Assembly (NCBI GenBank): GCA_951406725.2 | Contig: OX597821.1 | Span: forward strand, 48,174,001 to 48,238,000 | DNA from: Octopus vulgaris | Taxonomy: Eukaryota | Direction of reading: 5' to 3' | Length of the DNA stretch: 64,000 nucleotides | Shown: positions 1 to 12,924 of the stretch, piece after piece | Numbering within the stretch: position 1 is the first letter of the stretch | Layout: the number at the start of each line of letters is the position of its first letter | Notes under the pieces: model-generated | The model's database searches: none | Seen by the model: only the letters and a program-made list of their open reading frames with translations | Told to the model about the DNA's origin: nothing | Position numbers and translations under genes: made by a program

Positions 1-1908
1 GGCTGACCGTTAGTAAGGAGAGACATACAAATAAGAAAGAAGAAAGCAAAGGACCACTGATGAGGTCACAGGAGTGTAATGAAAGAACTCTGGCCGAAAT
101 AAGATTAAGATTAATGTAAAAAATAAATAACGCTGAAGCAAAGTAACACCAAATATATAGTGCGTGTGCTTTTATTGGCTAAACTGGCAAAATGACCATT
201 CCTAAATACAACAATATCTGTTTCAACACACGATTTCACATCAAAAATCATGCAAAACAAATATATAAGCGTAAAAATTAAACATACTTCTATCTCTAAA
301 AAGAATCAATTTTCTGTAAAATTAAAAATATTACTTTCTGAAAATATTAACCAACATATGCCCTTAGCAAAAGAGCATAAGTAACATAAGACATAAAAAG
401 TAACAGTTAGCTTCCTTCCCTTCAAAAAGGCACAGGCAACATGGCTATATAAATTTAACCCCACATGTGAGCTACAGAGGCATTGGAGAACATACTTTAA
501 ACTTTGAAATCTAATGATTTCAAAACTGGTTTATGAAATGTTATGTTATTTCCCCTGTACAAAATGTCTTTGCTTAAAATATACATTAACATTTATTCAG
601 TTGAATATGTTTTATGTAATGTTTTTATTCAAAAATTTGTCTGTAAAATATGATTCTCTTTCCCTGCACAAAACTCACCTTGTGAAAACACATTAATATT
701 TTTACTGTAAAACTTTTACATGAAAATATTTGTTATGCGCAAACATCATTTTGTATCTATATCTTCATATATGTAGATATATAACAGAAATATTAACCTT
801 CTAGGTTTAAAAATAAAAACTTGTTTTATTTAATACTAGCAGTATCGCCCGGCGTTGCTCGGGTTTGTAAGGGAAAGAACTATATAAGCATTTTTAGAGA
901 GTTACTTCCCTTATAGATGCCAATTCGGGCTTTCTTAGCCATTTCTGTTTTGGTGTCTTCAAGCCATGAAGTCGTTGTTCTAAAAGAACGCTGGTCTCCT
1001 TGACAACGCTTTATGACGTTGATTTCCTTACACTCCCTTCCCCACAGCTTCACGAGGGAGGGAAGAAGGGGTAGAAGCAAACAGGTGCAGGTGTGACCAT
1101 GGACGCCAACTCCACCGCCATCGACACACGAAAAATTATGCATTAAAATGGAATAAAAAATTATGTTAAATTATTTTTAAAATCGTAGACTCATTGTAGA
1201 CGCGTGCAAATACTCAGACGGGCTCGATATGAATCACGACTATAAGATACCCGAATTTGGTTGAACTGCACCGCAAAATGTGGGAGTAGTTAGGAATCTA
1301 AACCGAAGGGGACAGACACTCACACAACTACAGTTTTATATATATAGATGTGTGCGTGTATGTATATACGTATATGCATGTGTATACACATACACACACA
1401 CACACACACATACATATATAATGTACACTGTATTAAGATAAAAGCTTCTAATAGATTCTTACCATTGAGACATGGTTTGGCAGATTTTAGTTAGGCAATC
1501 TTCAGATTCTGGACACACAGTTTATTTTATATGAAAATCATGATGCTGGTACATGAGAAACCATGAGAAAAGAAAAATTGAGAGGAAGCTTGATGCAAAA
1601 ATGAAATGAGAAGACAAAGGGCGAACAAAAACAAAAAAAAAGTAAGAAAGAGGAAAAATTAGTATTACATCCATTTGACTGTAAAAATCATAATTAAACA
1701 AACTGGTGTAGAATAATTCAATGGAGAGGAGTGCAAAGTTTGCAAGACAGCTGCTCGATCTAGAGAGGGTGTTGTCCTCCAGTTTAACAAATGAAATTTG
1801 TCTGTATGCTTGCATTTGCTAAAAATTTCAGTAGTGTGGTGGAATTCTTGGATCTAAAAAGAATGGGCAATCTTTTAGCTACACATAAGTTGCATCTCTT
1901 AGAACCAT
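1..1908. repeat. Tandem duplication, copy A (starts just left of the window)
   Basis: Sequence and ORFs recur at offset 1918 (514/2432, 880/2798, 1522/3440); offset is 1933 before a 15-bp indel; identity ends after AGAACCAT at 1908/3826. Confidence 0.95.
836..1348 (-). mobile_element. Non-autonomous Helitron, complete, 513 bp
   Basis: Minus strand starts TC (TCTATATATATAAAA), ends with GC-rich hairpin (848-863) then CTAG; lies between host A and T with no TSD. Confidence 0.85.
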
Positions 1909-3826
1909 ACAAAAGAAATACAAAATACAAAATGGCTGACCATTAGTAAGGAGAGACATACAAATAAGAAAGAAGAAAGCAAAGGACCACTGATGAGGTC
2001 ACAGGAGTGTGATGAAAGAACTCTGGCTGAAATAAGATTAAGATTAATGTAAAAAATAAAGTAACACCAAATATATAGTGCATGTGTTTTTATTGGCTAA
2101 ACTGGCAAAATGACCATTCCTAAATACAACAATATCTGTTTCAACACACGATTTCACATCAAAAATCTTGCAAAACAAATATATAAACGTAAAAATTAAA
2201 CATACTTCTGTCTCTAAAAAGAATCAATTTTCTGTAAAATTAAAAATATTACTTTCTGAAAATATTAACCAACATATGCCCTTAGCAAAAGAGCATAAGT
2301 AACATAAGACATAAAAAGTAACAGTTAGCTTCCTTCCCTTCAAAAAGGCACAGGCAACATGGCTATATAAATTTAACCCCACATGTGAGCTACAGAGGCA
2401 TTGGAGAACATACTTTAAACTTTGAAATCTAATGATTTCAAAACTGGTTTATGAAATGTTATGTTATTTCCCCTGTACAAAATGTCTTTGCTTAAAATAT
2501 ACATTAACATTTATTCAGTTGAATATGTTTTATGTAATGTTTTTATTCAAAAATTTGTCTGTAAAATATGATTCTCTTTCCCTGCACAAAACTCACCTTG
2601 TGAAAACACATTAATATTTTTACTGTAAAACTTTTACATGAAAATATTTGTTATGCGCAAACATCATTTTGTATCTATATCTTCATATATGTAGATATAT
2701 AACAGAAATATTAACCTTCTAGGTTTAAAAATAAAAACTTGTTTTATTTAATACTAGCAGTATCGCCCGGCGTTGCTCGGGTTTGTAAGGGAAAGAACTA
2801 TATAAGCATTTTTAGAGAGTTACTTCCCTTATAGATGCCAATTCGGGCTTTCTTAGCCATTTCTGTTTTGGTGTCTTCAAGCCATGAAGTCATTGTTCTA
2901 AAAGAACGCTGGTCTCCTTGACAACGCTTTATGACGTTGATTTCCTTACACTCCCTTCCCCACAGCTTCACGAGGGAGGGAAGAAGGGGTAGAAGCAAAC
3001 AGGTGCAGGTGTGACCATGGACGCCAACTCCACCGCCATCGACACACGAAAAATTATGCATTAAAATGGAATAAAAAATTATGTTAAATTATTTTTAAAA
3101 TCGTAGACTCATTGTAGACGCGTGCAAATACTCAGACGGGCTCGATATGAATCACGACTATAAGATACCCGAATTTGGTTGAACTGCACCGCAAAATGTG
3201 GGAGTAGTTAGGAATCTAAACCGAAGGGGACAGACACTCACACAACTACAGTTTTATATATATAGATGTGTGCGTGTATGTATATACGTATATGCATGTG
3301 TATACACATACACACACACACACACACATACATATATAATGTACACTGTATTAAGATAAAAGCTTCTAATAGATTCTTACCATTGAGACATGGTTTGGCA
3401 GATTTTAGTTAGGCAATCTTCAGATTCTGGACACACAGTTTATTTTATATGAAAATCATGATGCTGGTACATGAGAAACCATGAGAAAAGAAAAATCGAG
3501 AGGAAGCTTGATGCAAAAATGAAATGAGAAGACAAAGGGCGAACAAAAACAAAAAAAAAGTAAGAAAGAGGAAAAATTAGTATTACATCCATTTGACTGT
3601 AAAAATCATAATTAAACAAACTGGTGTAGAATAATTCAATGGAGAGGAGTGCAAAGTTTGCAAGACAGCTGCTCGATCTAGAGAGGGTATTGTCCTCCAG
3701 TTTAACAAATGAAATTTGTCTGTATGCTTGCATTTGCTAAAAATTTCAGTAGTGTGGTGGAATTCTTGGATCTAAAAAGAATGGGCAATCTTTTAGCTAC
3801 ACATAAGTTGCATCTCTTAGAACCAT
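1909..3826. repeat. Tandem duplication, copy B
   Basis: Near-identical to 1-1908 apart from about 11 substitutions and a 15-bp deletion counted by eye. Confidence 0.95.
2754..3266 (-). mobile_element. Non-autonomous Helitron, duplicated copy
   Basis: Same termini as 836-1348 at offset 1918. Confidence 0.85.
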
Positions 3827-3879
3827 TTACATATGGCATAGATTTTTCCACATTTCTCTACTTGATTGTATGTTGTGTG

Positions 3880-4170
3880 CAGAAGTAGGTCTTCAAATCC
3901 CATATGAGACTAGCCAACTTAGCGGCTTTATTGTTGTCAGTGTCCTGGAAAAAAGACTGGTGGTTTGCGTAACATCTTTGAAAATTGCCTTTGTATAAAC
4001 CAATGTCAGTTTTCTTTTTGGTTATGTTATCTTGAAGTGTTGCTGTGACTTCTGCCTCATAGACGACAGAGTTTATCATACATGCCTTGTCAACTGTTGC
4101 AACTCAATATGGGCTCTTGGTGAGTCCTGTGAGTTATAGTGTTCTTCATACTGGGACAAATTACAGTAAA
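3880..4170 (-). mobile_element. Penelope-like element GIY-YIG endonuclease fragment, decayed
   Basis: ORF 3858-4079: SVVYEAEV...DIGLYKGNFQRCYANHQSF...LASLIWDLK fits the PLE pattern VVY..YIG..FK.RY.NH..SF..LS.YIW.LK. Confidence 0.75.
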
Positions 4171-4189
4171 AATGTTATCTAGACTATCA

Positions 4190-4470
4190 GAAGTGGTCAA
4201 TGGCTCAATGAAATGATTTTATCTGGTCTGTGAATTCATTCATCATATGCCCTCTTTCCCACTTCAAGATGAGTTTTTGTCTGGAAACATCCCAAAGAAG
4301 CCATTAATACTAATTGTTTAGCTCCTACTGTGAAGCATGGAGGCAGCTCTGTTATGATTTGGGCAGAGATATTAGTTGCTCTATATGGCAGAGTTAATGC
4401 CAACGATTAGTTTATTTGAATGTTTTGGTTGATCAGGTTCATCTTATGGAACAAACATTGTTCCCTGACA
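4190..4470 (+). mobile_element. Tc1-like transposase fragment, part 1
   Basis: Translates VW.HPKEA...CLAPTVKHGGSSVMIWA, a Tc1 motif; interrupted by a SINE. Confidence 0.8.
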
Positions 4471-4483
4471 GTACACTTTTTTA

Positions 4484-4862
4484 ACTCTTTTACTTGTTTC
4501 AGTCATTTGACTGTGGCCATGCTGGAGCACCGCCTTTAGTCGAACAGATCAACCCCAGGACTTATTCTTTGTAAGCCTAGTGCTTATTCTATCGGTCTGT
4601 TTTGCCAAACTGCTAAGTTACAGTAATGTAGACACACCAGCATCGGTTGTCAAACGATGTTGGGGGGACAAACACAGACACACAAACATATAAACATACA
4701 TATATATGACGGGCTTCTTTCAGTTTCCATCTACCAAATCCACTCACAAGGCTTTGGTCAGCCTAAGGCTATAGCAGAAGACACTTGCCCAAGGTGCCAC
4801 ACTGTGGGAATGAACCCGGAACCATGTGGTTGGTAAGCAAGCTACTTACCACACAGCCACTC
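4484..4862 (-). mobile_element. tRNA-derived SINE (family A)
   Basis: Minus-strand head with A box TGGCTGTGTGG, B-box-like GGTTCATTCC, CORE-like CCTTGGGCAAGT and a central microsatellite; further copies at 34912/37450 and 50273. Confidence 0.9.
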
Positions 4863-4869
4863 TTGGCAC

Positions 4870-5035
4870 AGTCTTTCAGGAAAATAATGCACAAATCCAC
4901 ATGGCTAATGTTTTTTCAAAATTGGTATGAAGAGCTAAAAAGGAAAGTAAACCACTTGGATTGCCACCCCCTACCCCATTTACCAGATCTTAATATAATT
5001 GAACATTTTATGGTGCATTTTGAAACAGCAAGTGA
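4870..5035 (+). mobile_element. Tc1-like transposase fragment, part 2
   Basis: FQENNA ... PDLNIIEH, matching Tc1 QDNA and SPDLNPIE motifs. Confidence 0.75.
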
Positions 5036-5349
5036 GAAGCTGCTCTGTTTGTTATCATTGCTGAGAGCTAAAACAGTATGTATGTATGTATGTATGGATG
5101 GATGGATGGATGGATGGATGGATGGATGGATGGATGGATTTTTTAATACTGTTTTATAATGAGTTCTGTCTTATATACCTCAATTGATTTTTAATGATTT
5201 TGTTTATAAATAACACTGGGGAACAAATTTATTTTTAAATTTTATTTGGTGCCTCAGATGTTATACCCAATTCCCAGTTGTAGGTATATTCATGCTACTG
5301 AATAAGAATATGTTCTTCATTTGTTTCTTGCAGCTCTAGTTTATGAGAT

Positions 5350-6140
5350 AATGTACTTAATGGATTTACTGCCTTTCTTCTCGGGGGAACATGATTTTGT
5401 ATTTGCAATGATGTTCAAGGCTTGCTAATGAAAATAGGTATATCAAAATATGTGTCAACTGAATTCATAGATAATTCAAAGCAGAGCTTAAAATGTATAC
5501 TTCTATACAAAAATCAACAAATATGGATCGATGCCAATTGGTCGGTCACTCAGCTAAGATAACTGAGCAGCAGGAGTCAATCACCTTGGCCTTACAGAAG
5601 ATGTCATGCCATGATCACCTATGACTAATTTGTATGGATTTTATGGTAGTGAATTTTATCCTGGGTCAGCAGAGTGGATATACTGAGTATCCTGGCTTTA
5701 CCTGTCTATGGGATAGTAGATCTAAGGTTGAGTGCTGAGAAAACAGTCATTAGAGAAAAGAATGTAATCACAGAACCCTTGGTTGAAAGAGATAAAATCA
5801 GTTTACCACCACTGCACAACAAACTAGGTTTGATGAAACAGTTTGTGAAAGCTTTGAACTAAAAAGGGGACTGCTTTGACTACATATGTAGAAAATGTCC
5901 TGTTCTGATCATGGAGAAGCTAAAGGTAAGTAATTTTGATGGACTACAAATCAGGAACTCATGAAAGACCTACATTTCCAAGATTCAGTTAATGATGCTA
6001 AGGCAGATGCATGGTCTTCATTCAGTCTGGTTGTAAGAAATTTTCTTGGGTGCAATAAAGCAAATAACTGCTCTAAACTAGCAGAGAATATGCTCTCTCT
6101 GCTTTCCATCAACATGATTGAATATGAGCATCAAAGTGTA
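5350..6140 (+). mobile_element. Decayed DNA transposase, Chapaev3-like (CMC group)
   Basis: LICMDFMVVNFILGQQSGYTEYPGFTCLWDSR and LPPLHNKLGLMKQFVKAL, DGLQIRELMKD, AWSSF.LVVRNFLG; stops and frameshifts. Superfamily assignment is from memory. Confidence 0.65.
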
Positions 6141-6339
6141 TTACCTTCTTGTAAAGATGGTTTCGTAGCAATGACCATCAGAACACTTTCCAAAGAAAGA
6201 AACAGAAGAATTTATAGAGAGCTCAGTCTTTGAAAAATAACAATATCTGCAGTCAATGAGAAGGTGTCAATTTCAGCATTTGGATATTGGTAATGAGCTT
6301 CGTGATGAGTAACGGAAATTAACTGAACAGGATAGACTG

Positions 6340-6631
6340 CATACATACATACATACATACATACATACATAAATACATACATACATTCATACATACATAA
6401 TACATACATGCATACATACATACATGCATGCATACATACATAATACATACATACATGCATACATTCATACATACATACATACAAACATACATTCATACAT
6501 GCATACATACATACATACATATATGCATACATACATACATACATACATACATACATACATTCAGTCATACATACATACATACATACATTCATACATACAT
6601 ACATACATACATACAGTCATACATGCATGCA

Positions 6632-6664
<33 letters not shown>

Positions 6665-6817
6665 GCATACATACATACATTCATACATACATACATACAT
6701 AAATACATACATACATAAATACATACATACATACATAGATACATACATACATACATACATACATACATACATACATACATACATACATACATACATACAT
6801 ACATACATACATACATA
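6340..6817. repeat. (TACA)n microsatellite
   Basis: Directly visible; source of the HTYI/MYVC ORFs. Confidence 0.98.
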
Positions 6818-7181
6818 CGTGTGTATGAATTGAATGAACAAACAAAATAAAAACGTAGCAATCATCACAGTTGTTAGAAGTTATGTGTATATTTATTTGC
6901 AATTTGATTCAGTTTTGCATGACTTCAAGTTTTGCATGTTGGATATATCCATCTTAGCAGATGAAGGAGCACACACACACACACATTGTGTTAGTAGGGA
7001 AAAAATCCAGGCTGTATCCTTTTGAAGCACAGATGTTTAGTCCAATATTGCAATCCAATATATAGTTGACATCGTTGTTGTATTGATGTAAGGTATATAT
7101 TAGAGTTGAAAATTCTCGAAATATTGCTTACAGAGTTATATAACAAAACAGGATTGTCAATTGAATGTCTAATTTATTGTT

Positions 7182-7203
<22 letters not shown>

Positions 7204-7212
<9 letters not shown>

Positions 7213-7350
7213 TTTACTGAGGAAGGTTGGTTTATGGGATTACCCTGGGTTCCCCGTCCATAAAGGGTTTAACTTTATGATGTATTTAACTTTATGGACA
7301 GGAAACCCAAGGTAATCCCATAAACCGACCTTCCCTAGTAAAACATATAT
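7204..7350. repeat. Fold-back inverted repeat, ~54-bp arms
   Basis: 7212-7265 is the imperfect reverse complement of 7290-7343; (TA)n flanks. Confidence 0.9.
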
Positions 7351-7550
7351 ACTGCTCTACATCTTAGACTGTGTCTCTTCTCCAGATTTATGTTTTCTAC
7401 AAACGATATATATATGTATACAACGAATAAAGCATGAGGTTTGTGGAAAGGATTTATGAATTTCTATTTAAAATTTCTTGTTATTACTATATATTCAGTC
7501 ATGAGAGCAACTGTTTTCTCAAAGGCACATATTGTCATGAATTGCTTGAA

Positions 7551-7738
7551 ATGTGGAGTAGATAAACAGCCAACAACTGATGAAGGGTTGTTTTTTTATA
7601 TTACTTGTCTTGTTTTCCATTTGTTTCTTTTGTTGTTCGCCAAAAATGTTTGTCTTCGTATTTCATGTTGTTTTTCATAATTCGGATTTCAAATTTTCAT
7701 TTTTCATGTTGTTTACATTTTGTGACGTCCTGTACCCA

Positions 7739-7775
<37 letters not shown>

Positions 7776-8095
7776 CGGGAAGCTTTATAAAAAATAAACA
7801 AAAGACGAAGGCAGGTGGAGTACAAACAAACAATTGTATTAGTATGGCGCTCAGGAATATAAATAAAACAAGTCTTTTACATTTCGAGCCTACGCTCTTC
7901 AACAGAAAGATACACAGAAAAGAAACACGGAGAGAAACAAGAAGAGAAAAATGTGGAGTAAATTAACAGCCAATAACTGATGAAGGGTCGTTCTTTATGT
8001 TATTTGTCTTGCTTTCCATTTGTTTCTCTCGTTGTTTGCAAAAAAAGTTTGTCTTCATATTTCATGTTGATTATGTTTTGTGGCGTCCTGTATAT
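7551..8095. repeat. Direct repeat pair (offset 400), Penelope pseudo-LTR-like
   Basis: ATGTGGAGTA...AACAGCCAA.AACTGATGAAGGGT...GTG.CGTCCTGTA at 7551-7735 and 7951-8092, flanking a hammerhead-like fold. Confidence 0.65.
7873..7910 (-). ncRNA. Minimal type-I hammerhead-ribozyme-like motif, variant core
   Basis: Minus strand UCUUU-CUGUUGA-A-GAGC(GUAG)GCUC-GAAA-UG-UA-AAAGA: stems I and II pair perfectly. Confidence 0.6.
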
Positions 8096-8664
8096 ATATG
8101 CATATATCTGTCAGTATGTACATATATGTATGTATGTATATATGCTTATATATATATATTTTATTTATATTATATGTGTGTGTGTATGTGTGTGTATGTA
8201 TGTGTGTTCTCTCTACTTTATTTATAGCATGAAAAATGTACTAAATAGATATTTTCACATGCAGTTTAGATAGAATTGTCATTATTGCAGCGACTTTAAC
8301 CATGGGTCAATTCAAAAATGCTTGAATTGGGGCAAAAGAGCAAGAAGCTGACTGTAAATAATTTCTGCTAGATGAATCTGTATGTAAGCTAAGTAAAGTA
8401 CATTGAGAATGTGGAACCAATATGTTAATATGTTAATATGTTTACATACTTTAAAAGATATGTCTGCCCGATCTTTGAGATCATTAATAATTTAGTCTGT
8501 AATTGCTTTCAGACTACTGGAATTGAGTTGAGAGATTGTTCGTCAAAGCAATTATCTAGATTACAGGGAAAAGACGGTTCCTTTGATGTGATTTTTCCTA
8601 TTCTCACTTAGAAAACTCACTGAAAGCTAACACCTTGTTTATCATAATGTGTCATTGGCATCAG

Positions 8665-8706
<42 letters not shown>

Positions 8707-10287
8707 CTCTCTCTCCCTCTCTCTCCCTCTCTCTCTCTCTTTCTCTCTCCCTCATTCTCTCTTATGTGAGAGGTTACCATCCAATTATTGACATATCAGA
8801 ATTTAAAAACTGTAAGACATTTGAAAGGAAAATATTGATGACAAAGATGGTAATTACACTTTTAGCATTGTTGCTTCTAATGTAGCTGCTGCCACTCATG
8901 TTGCAGCTGCTGTTATTGGTGGCAAGATTTCTAGACTATACTTGATTGTGGGCCCAGGATGTATACTAATGAATAATTGGTCTAGAAATATAGTGTATAC
9001 TGATGGTTATTAAGTCTAAAGACTTAATACAACACTCATTACAATTTGCTTTATTTATTTCAGGGACAATCAATTAATATAAGGCTAATTACAGGAATAT
9101 AATTTAATTATTACTTAATAGTAAACACCATCCCTATGATTAATAAGAGAATTTATATTATTCTTCAAATTCTTCTTTAAACAACAAACAATATAATGAT
9201 TGAGAGCTTAAGTTGCTAGGTTATTAATCACATGCTGAACATATCAAATCTTGATATTAACTTTGTAATGATCTATTGACATGAATTTCAGAAAAAAAAG
9301 GGTAACATCCATTACTTTTACAGATCCCTTATTACTTGTGGGGGGAAAAGAGATAGTTAAACTCAGACAAGTGATTTAACCTCGATATTTTCTATTTCTT
9401 TATTGCCACACCAAATATTGCTCCCTTTATTAAATATGAGTTTCATCTCAGATTTTGTTTATAGCAAGACTTTTTATGTTATCAATGTGGAAGGAGAAGA
9501 ACAAAGTTGATTTGAATGAGGTTTTAATTTAGATTGTAAAGGGACACAACATAACACTGTAAGCTATTTTTTTCAATGTTCTACCAATTCTGACAATATT
9601 CCACTTAAATTTAATCAATGGAATATAGACAATTCTGAATCTATGAGGCACTAATTCTCTAAAACTTTTTATTTTTATTCTTATTAGGTTCACTGGAATT
9701 GTCATACTGAACCGTAATTTTGCAATCCAATGACAGATTGTGGTAAGATGCAATATAAGTGTGTGCTGCTAAGTGTGTGTGAGTGTCTGTGTGTGTGTTT
9801 GTGTGTGAATGTGTATGGGTTTGTTTGAATGTAGGAATGTGTGTCTGTGTGAGTATCAGTGAATGGATTAGTTTGTATGTGTGTGTGTGTGTGTTTGCAT
9901 ATGAGTGTCAACGTGTTTACGTGTACATGAGTTTATATACATCTCTATGTAAGCCTTTATATTCTACACCACCCATCAGCCTAAACCACATTCCATGCTA
10001 AAATCATAATGACAATCCAAGAAATTACTATTTTGCTGTCCAAAAGGAATCAGCAAATAAATTTATGTATTTTACTTGTTTTGTACCTCTAAAATTATTG
10101 TCAAGTATTTTTAATTAAAATTCTTTAATCATTAGATTTAATCTTCTAATATTTCATTTAATCTAACCTTCTGTTTGGTTGGTGTGCATTTAATTTCTGT
10201 CTTCCATTTCTGTAAATGCTAACAAGAACTACTTAAATGTAAGAACATCAAAGAATTTCTCATATGCACTGTTTTATGCATATATAT

Positions 10288-10820
10288 CATCATCATCGTC
10301 GTCGTCGTTGTTGTTTAACTTCCGCTTTCCATGCTGCATGGGTTGGACGGTTTGACTGAGAACTGGCAAGCTGGGAAGGCTACACCAGGCTCCAATCTGA
10401 TTTGACAAGGTTTCTAAAGCTGGATGCCATTCCTAATGCCAACCACTCCAAGAGTCTAGTGGGTGTTTTTATGTGGCACCAACACGGGGGAGGGAGCCTG
10501 TCAGGTGGTACTGGCACTGGCCATGCTCAAATGATGCTTTTTACATGCCACCAGGATGGGTGCCAGTCAGGTGGCACTGGCATTGGCCATGTCTACAACT
10601 TCACTTAGTTCAACAGGTGTGCACAAACATGGCATATTGCCCAATAACTGAAGGATGTTTTTCAATAGGCTATTTACGCAACACTGGCATTGACCAAGAC
10701 TACAATCCCACTTGGCTTGCCAGGTCTTCTTAAGCACAGCATATCGCCAAAGGTCTCAGTCACTTGTCATTGCTTCTGAGGCCCAACATTTGAAGGTCAT
10801 GCTTCACCACCTCATCCCTG
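10288..10820 (-). mobile_element. RTE-clade LINE 3' end
   Basis: Reverse complement matches the 3' ORF end and UTR of 60826-62283 (DEVVKHDLQMLGL); (GAT)n tail. Confidence 0.8.
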
Positions 10821-11408
10821 GGATGGGAGGCAGAGGCATTATGTAACTGAACAGAAAGCTCACATGTGCATTTGGCAGATTTTGTAAACATACAAATTGG
10901 CTTCAACCTGTATACCATCATTATGTTTACTTCATAATTACTATGTCCAATGGGAGATAGGCACTAGACAGGGATGGATTGGGAAGAGAGGGGGGAAAGC
11001 ATTCTGTATAGTTAACGATTAGAGGTGCTCAGGAGAAAGACATCCAATAGAGGTTAGAGGAGAAAGACTTCTGGTATCAGTGGAAGGGGTGAGATGGGAG
11101 GGTGCACCGTGAACAGCAAAATACTATGGCTGCCTAGCTAAAGCAGATGTGGCAAAGCCACAGACAAAACAAGCCACTAATTCACGGTCAACATGGGAAA
11201 GCAAGTGGCTAACAAAACTGAGAGAGAGAAAGGGAGAGCAGTGAAATTTTTGAGAATTGGGGCCAGTCAAGGAAACAATGGAACATTTAGATAAGATAGC
11301 AGGAAACAAAACAAAACAAAGGGGGTGAATTTTCAAGACATATCATTGTTGTTGTCATCGTTTAACATCTGCCTTCCATGATAGCATGGATTATTACTAC
11401 TTTATTTA

Positions 11409-11627
11409 AGGCATTGAACTGGCAGAGTCGTTAGCTCACCAGACAATGTTCTTATTGGCATTTTGTCTGTCTTCATGTTCTTAGTTCAAATTCTGTCAAA
11501 GTTGACGTTGTCATTTCTCATTCCAGGTTTGGTAAAATAGGTACCAATTGATTACTAGAATCAATGTAATTGACTTATTCCCTCACCACTAAATTCAGCC
11601 CTTGTGTCTATAGTAGAAAGGATTATT
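11409..11627 (+). mobile_element. Decayed tRNA-derived SINE (family B)
   Basis: Diverged copy of 29951-30180. Confidence 0.65.
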
Positions 11628-12924
11628 ACCGCTTCAGTTCTCTTTCTCTTAAGATTTTGCAATTTCAAGAATTTTGCACTCAGGGCAACCATCATTGTGG
11701 TTTTGCTCATACAATGCTGGTAGACAAAGGTGTTTGTGATAAAAGATTTTCCTATAAAAGTGTTGAACTTAACACATTCCATTTGATCTAATCTGTAGTA
11801 TATAACCACCACAAAGCACTTGATAAATAATTAACAATAAATTAAAATATTTAGAGCTGTGACATTAGTCTACATCAGGCTTTGGCAAATTTTTGTCTAT
11901 GATCCAAATCCAACCCATCAACTTTGTGAAATATGTAACATTGCCTACAAAAATTGTTTGTAGTTTTGTGCAATGAAATTTTCTGTGGATAACAAAATTC
12001 AACATCAAGAAGTAGTGCAGTATCATTTTTGCAATAACCTCAGATGTATCAATTAATACAAATTAAAAGTGAGTTAGCTTCATTTGGTAAAAAAAAATGA
12101 AAGATTTTTCCCAGGTGTGATATTTTAATTAGTAAATATTTTCATATTTCTAAATGATTAGAGCAATGGAGATTAACAATATACAAGGTATGGCAATATA
12201 GTGTAAATGAATAATCAATTCTGAAAAAGGAAAGAAAGACTAAAAATGTTTATTTGTCCACTGAGGAAAGCTATTCAACTGGCTGGTACTTCATTTACTC
12301 TGAAATCACAATTGCTCACATTCAGCCAAACTAAGAATGCTTTAGCTCTTTCTTGCATATCCTGTCATACTTGGGCCATACCAAACTTTATGTCATTAAA
12401 TGTGTAGCCAGTCATTCATTCATTACAACAGGTGATATTTAAAAAATTAAAAAAACAAACTGTTTCTTTCATTTTGTATGATTATTTTACTTCACTTTTT
12501 AATTGCCTTCACCTGCAACATACTAATACATTTCTACTTTCTGAAATGTCTACATGGTAGGGTGCATTTAAAAAAAAGTTTTCATTTTATATCAGGCAAT
12601 TTTGAACTAGATTTAGGTTAAACATGTGATAGCATTAATCTTTTTGCTTCCACAGACATTTCTACGTACTGGATGCTGATCTTTAATAGCTGTTTGAACT
12701 GTACCTGCTAGAAAATAGAAATAGATACTACCTATATTTGTCTTAGACAATTTGTGATTAGTCAAGCGGAGCCATTGATATTTGGATTTAGCTTTTTAAC
12801 ATTGGTAGATCTTTTCCACACTGGGCTGGTATACTTGAGGAACAAAAGTGAACTAAATCACTCGAAGACAGAATGTGGAAACTTACCTCTTCTCATGCTT
12901 GTGACTTTACTGTTGCTGGTTTGT

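Noticed and set aside
1463-1508. Minus-strand exon ending ATG|GTAAG, with an EGF-like KPCLNG reading
   Set aside because: The EGF-like frame has a stop just upstream and the acceptor is weak; unsupported without RNA data.
6212-6902. Overlapping HTYI/MYVC ORFs (likewise near 20600, 27200, 34350, 43800, 57320)
   Set aside because: Translations of microsatellites.
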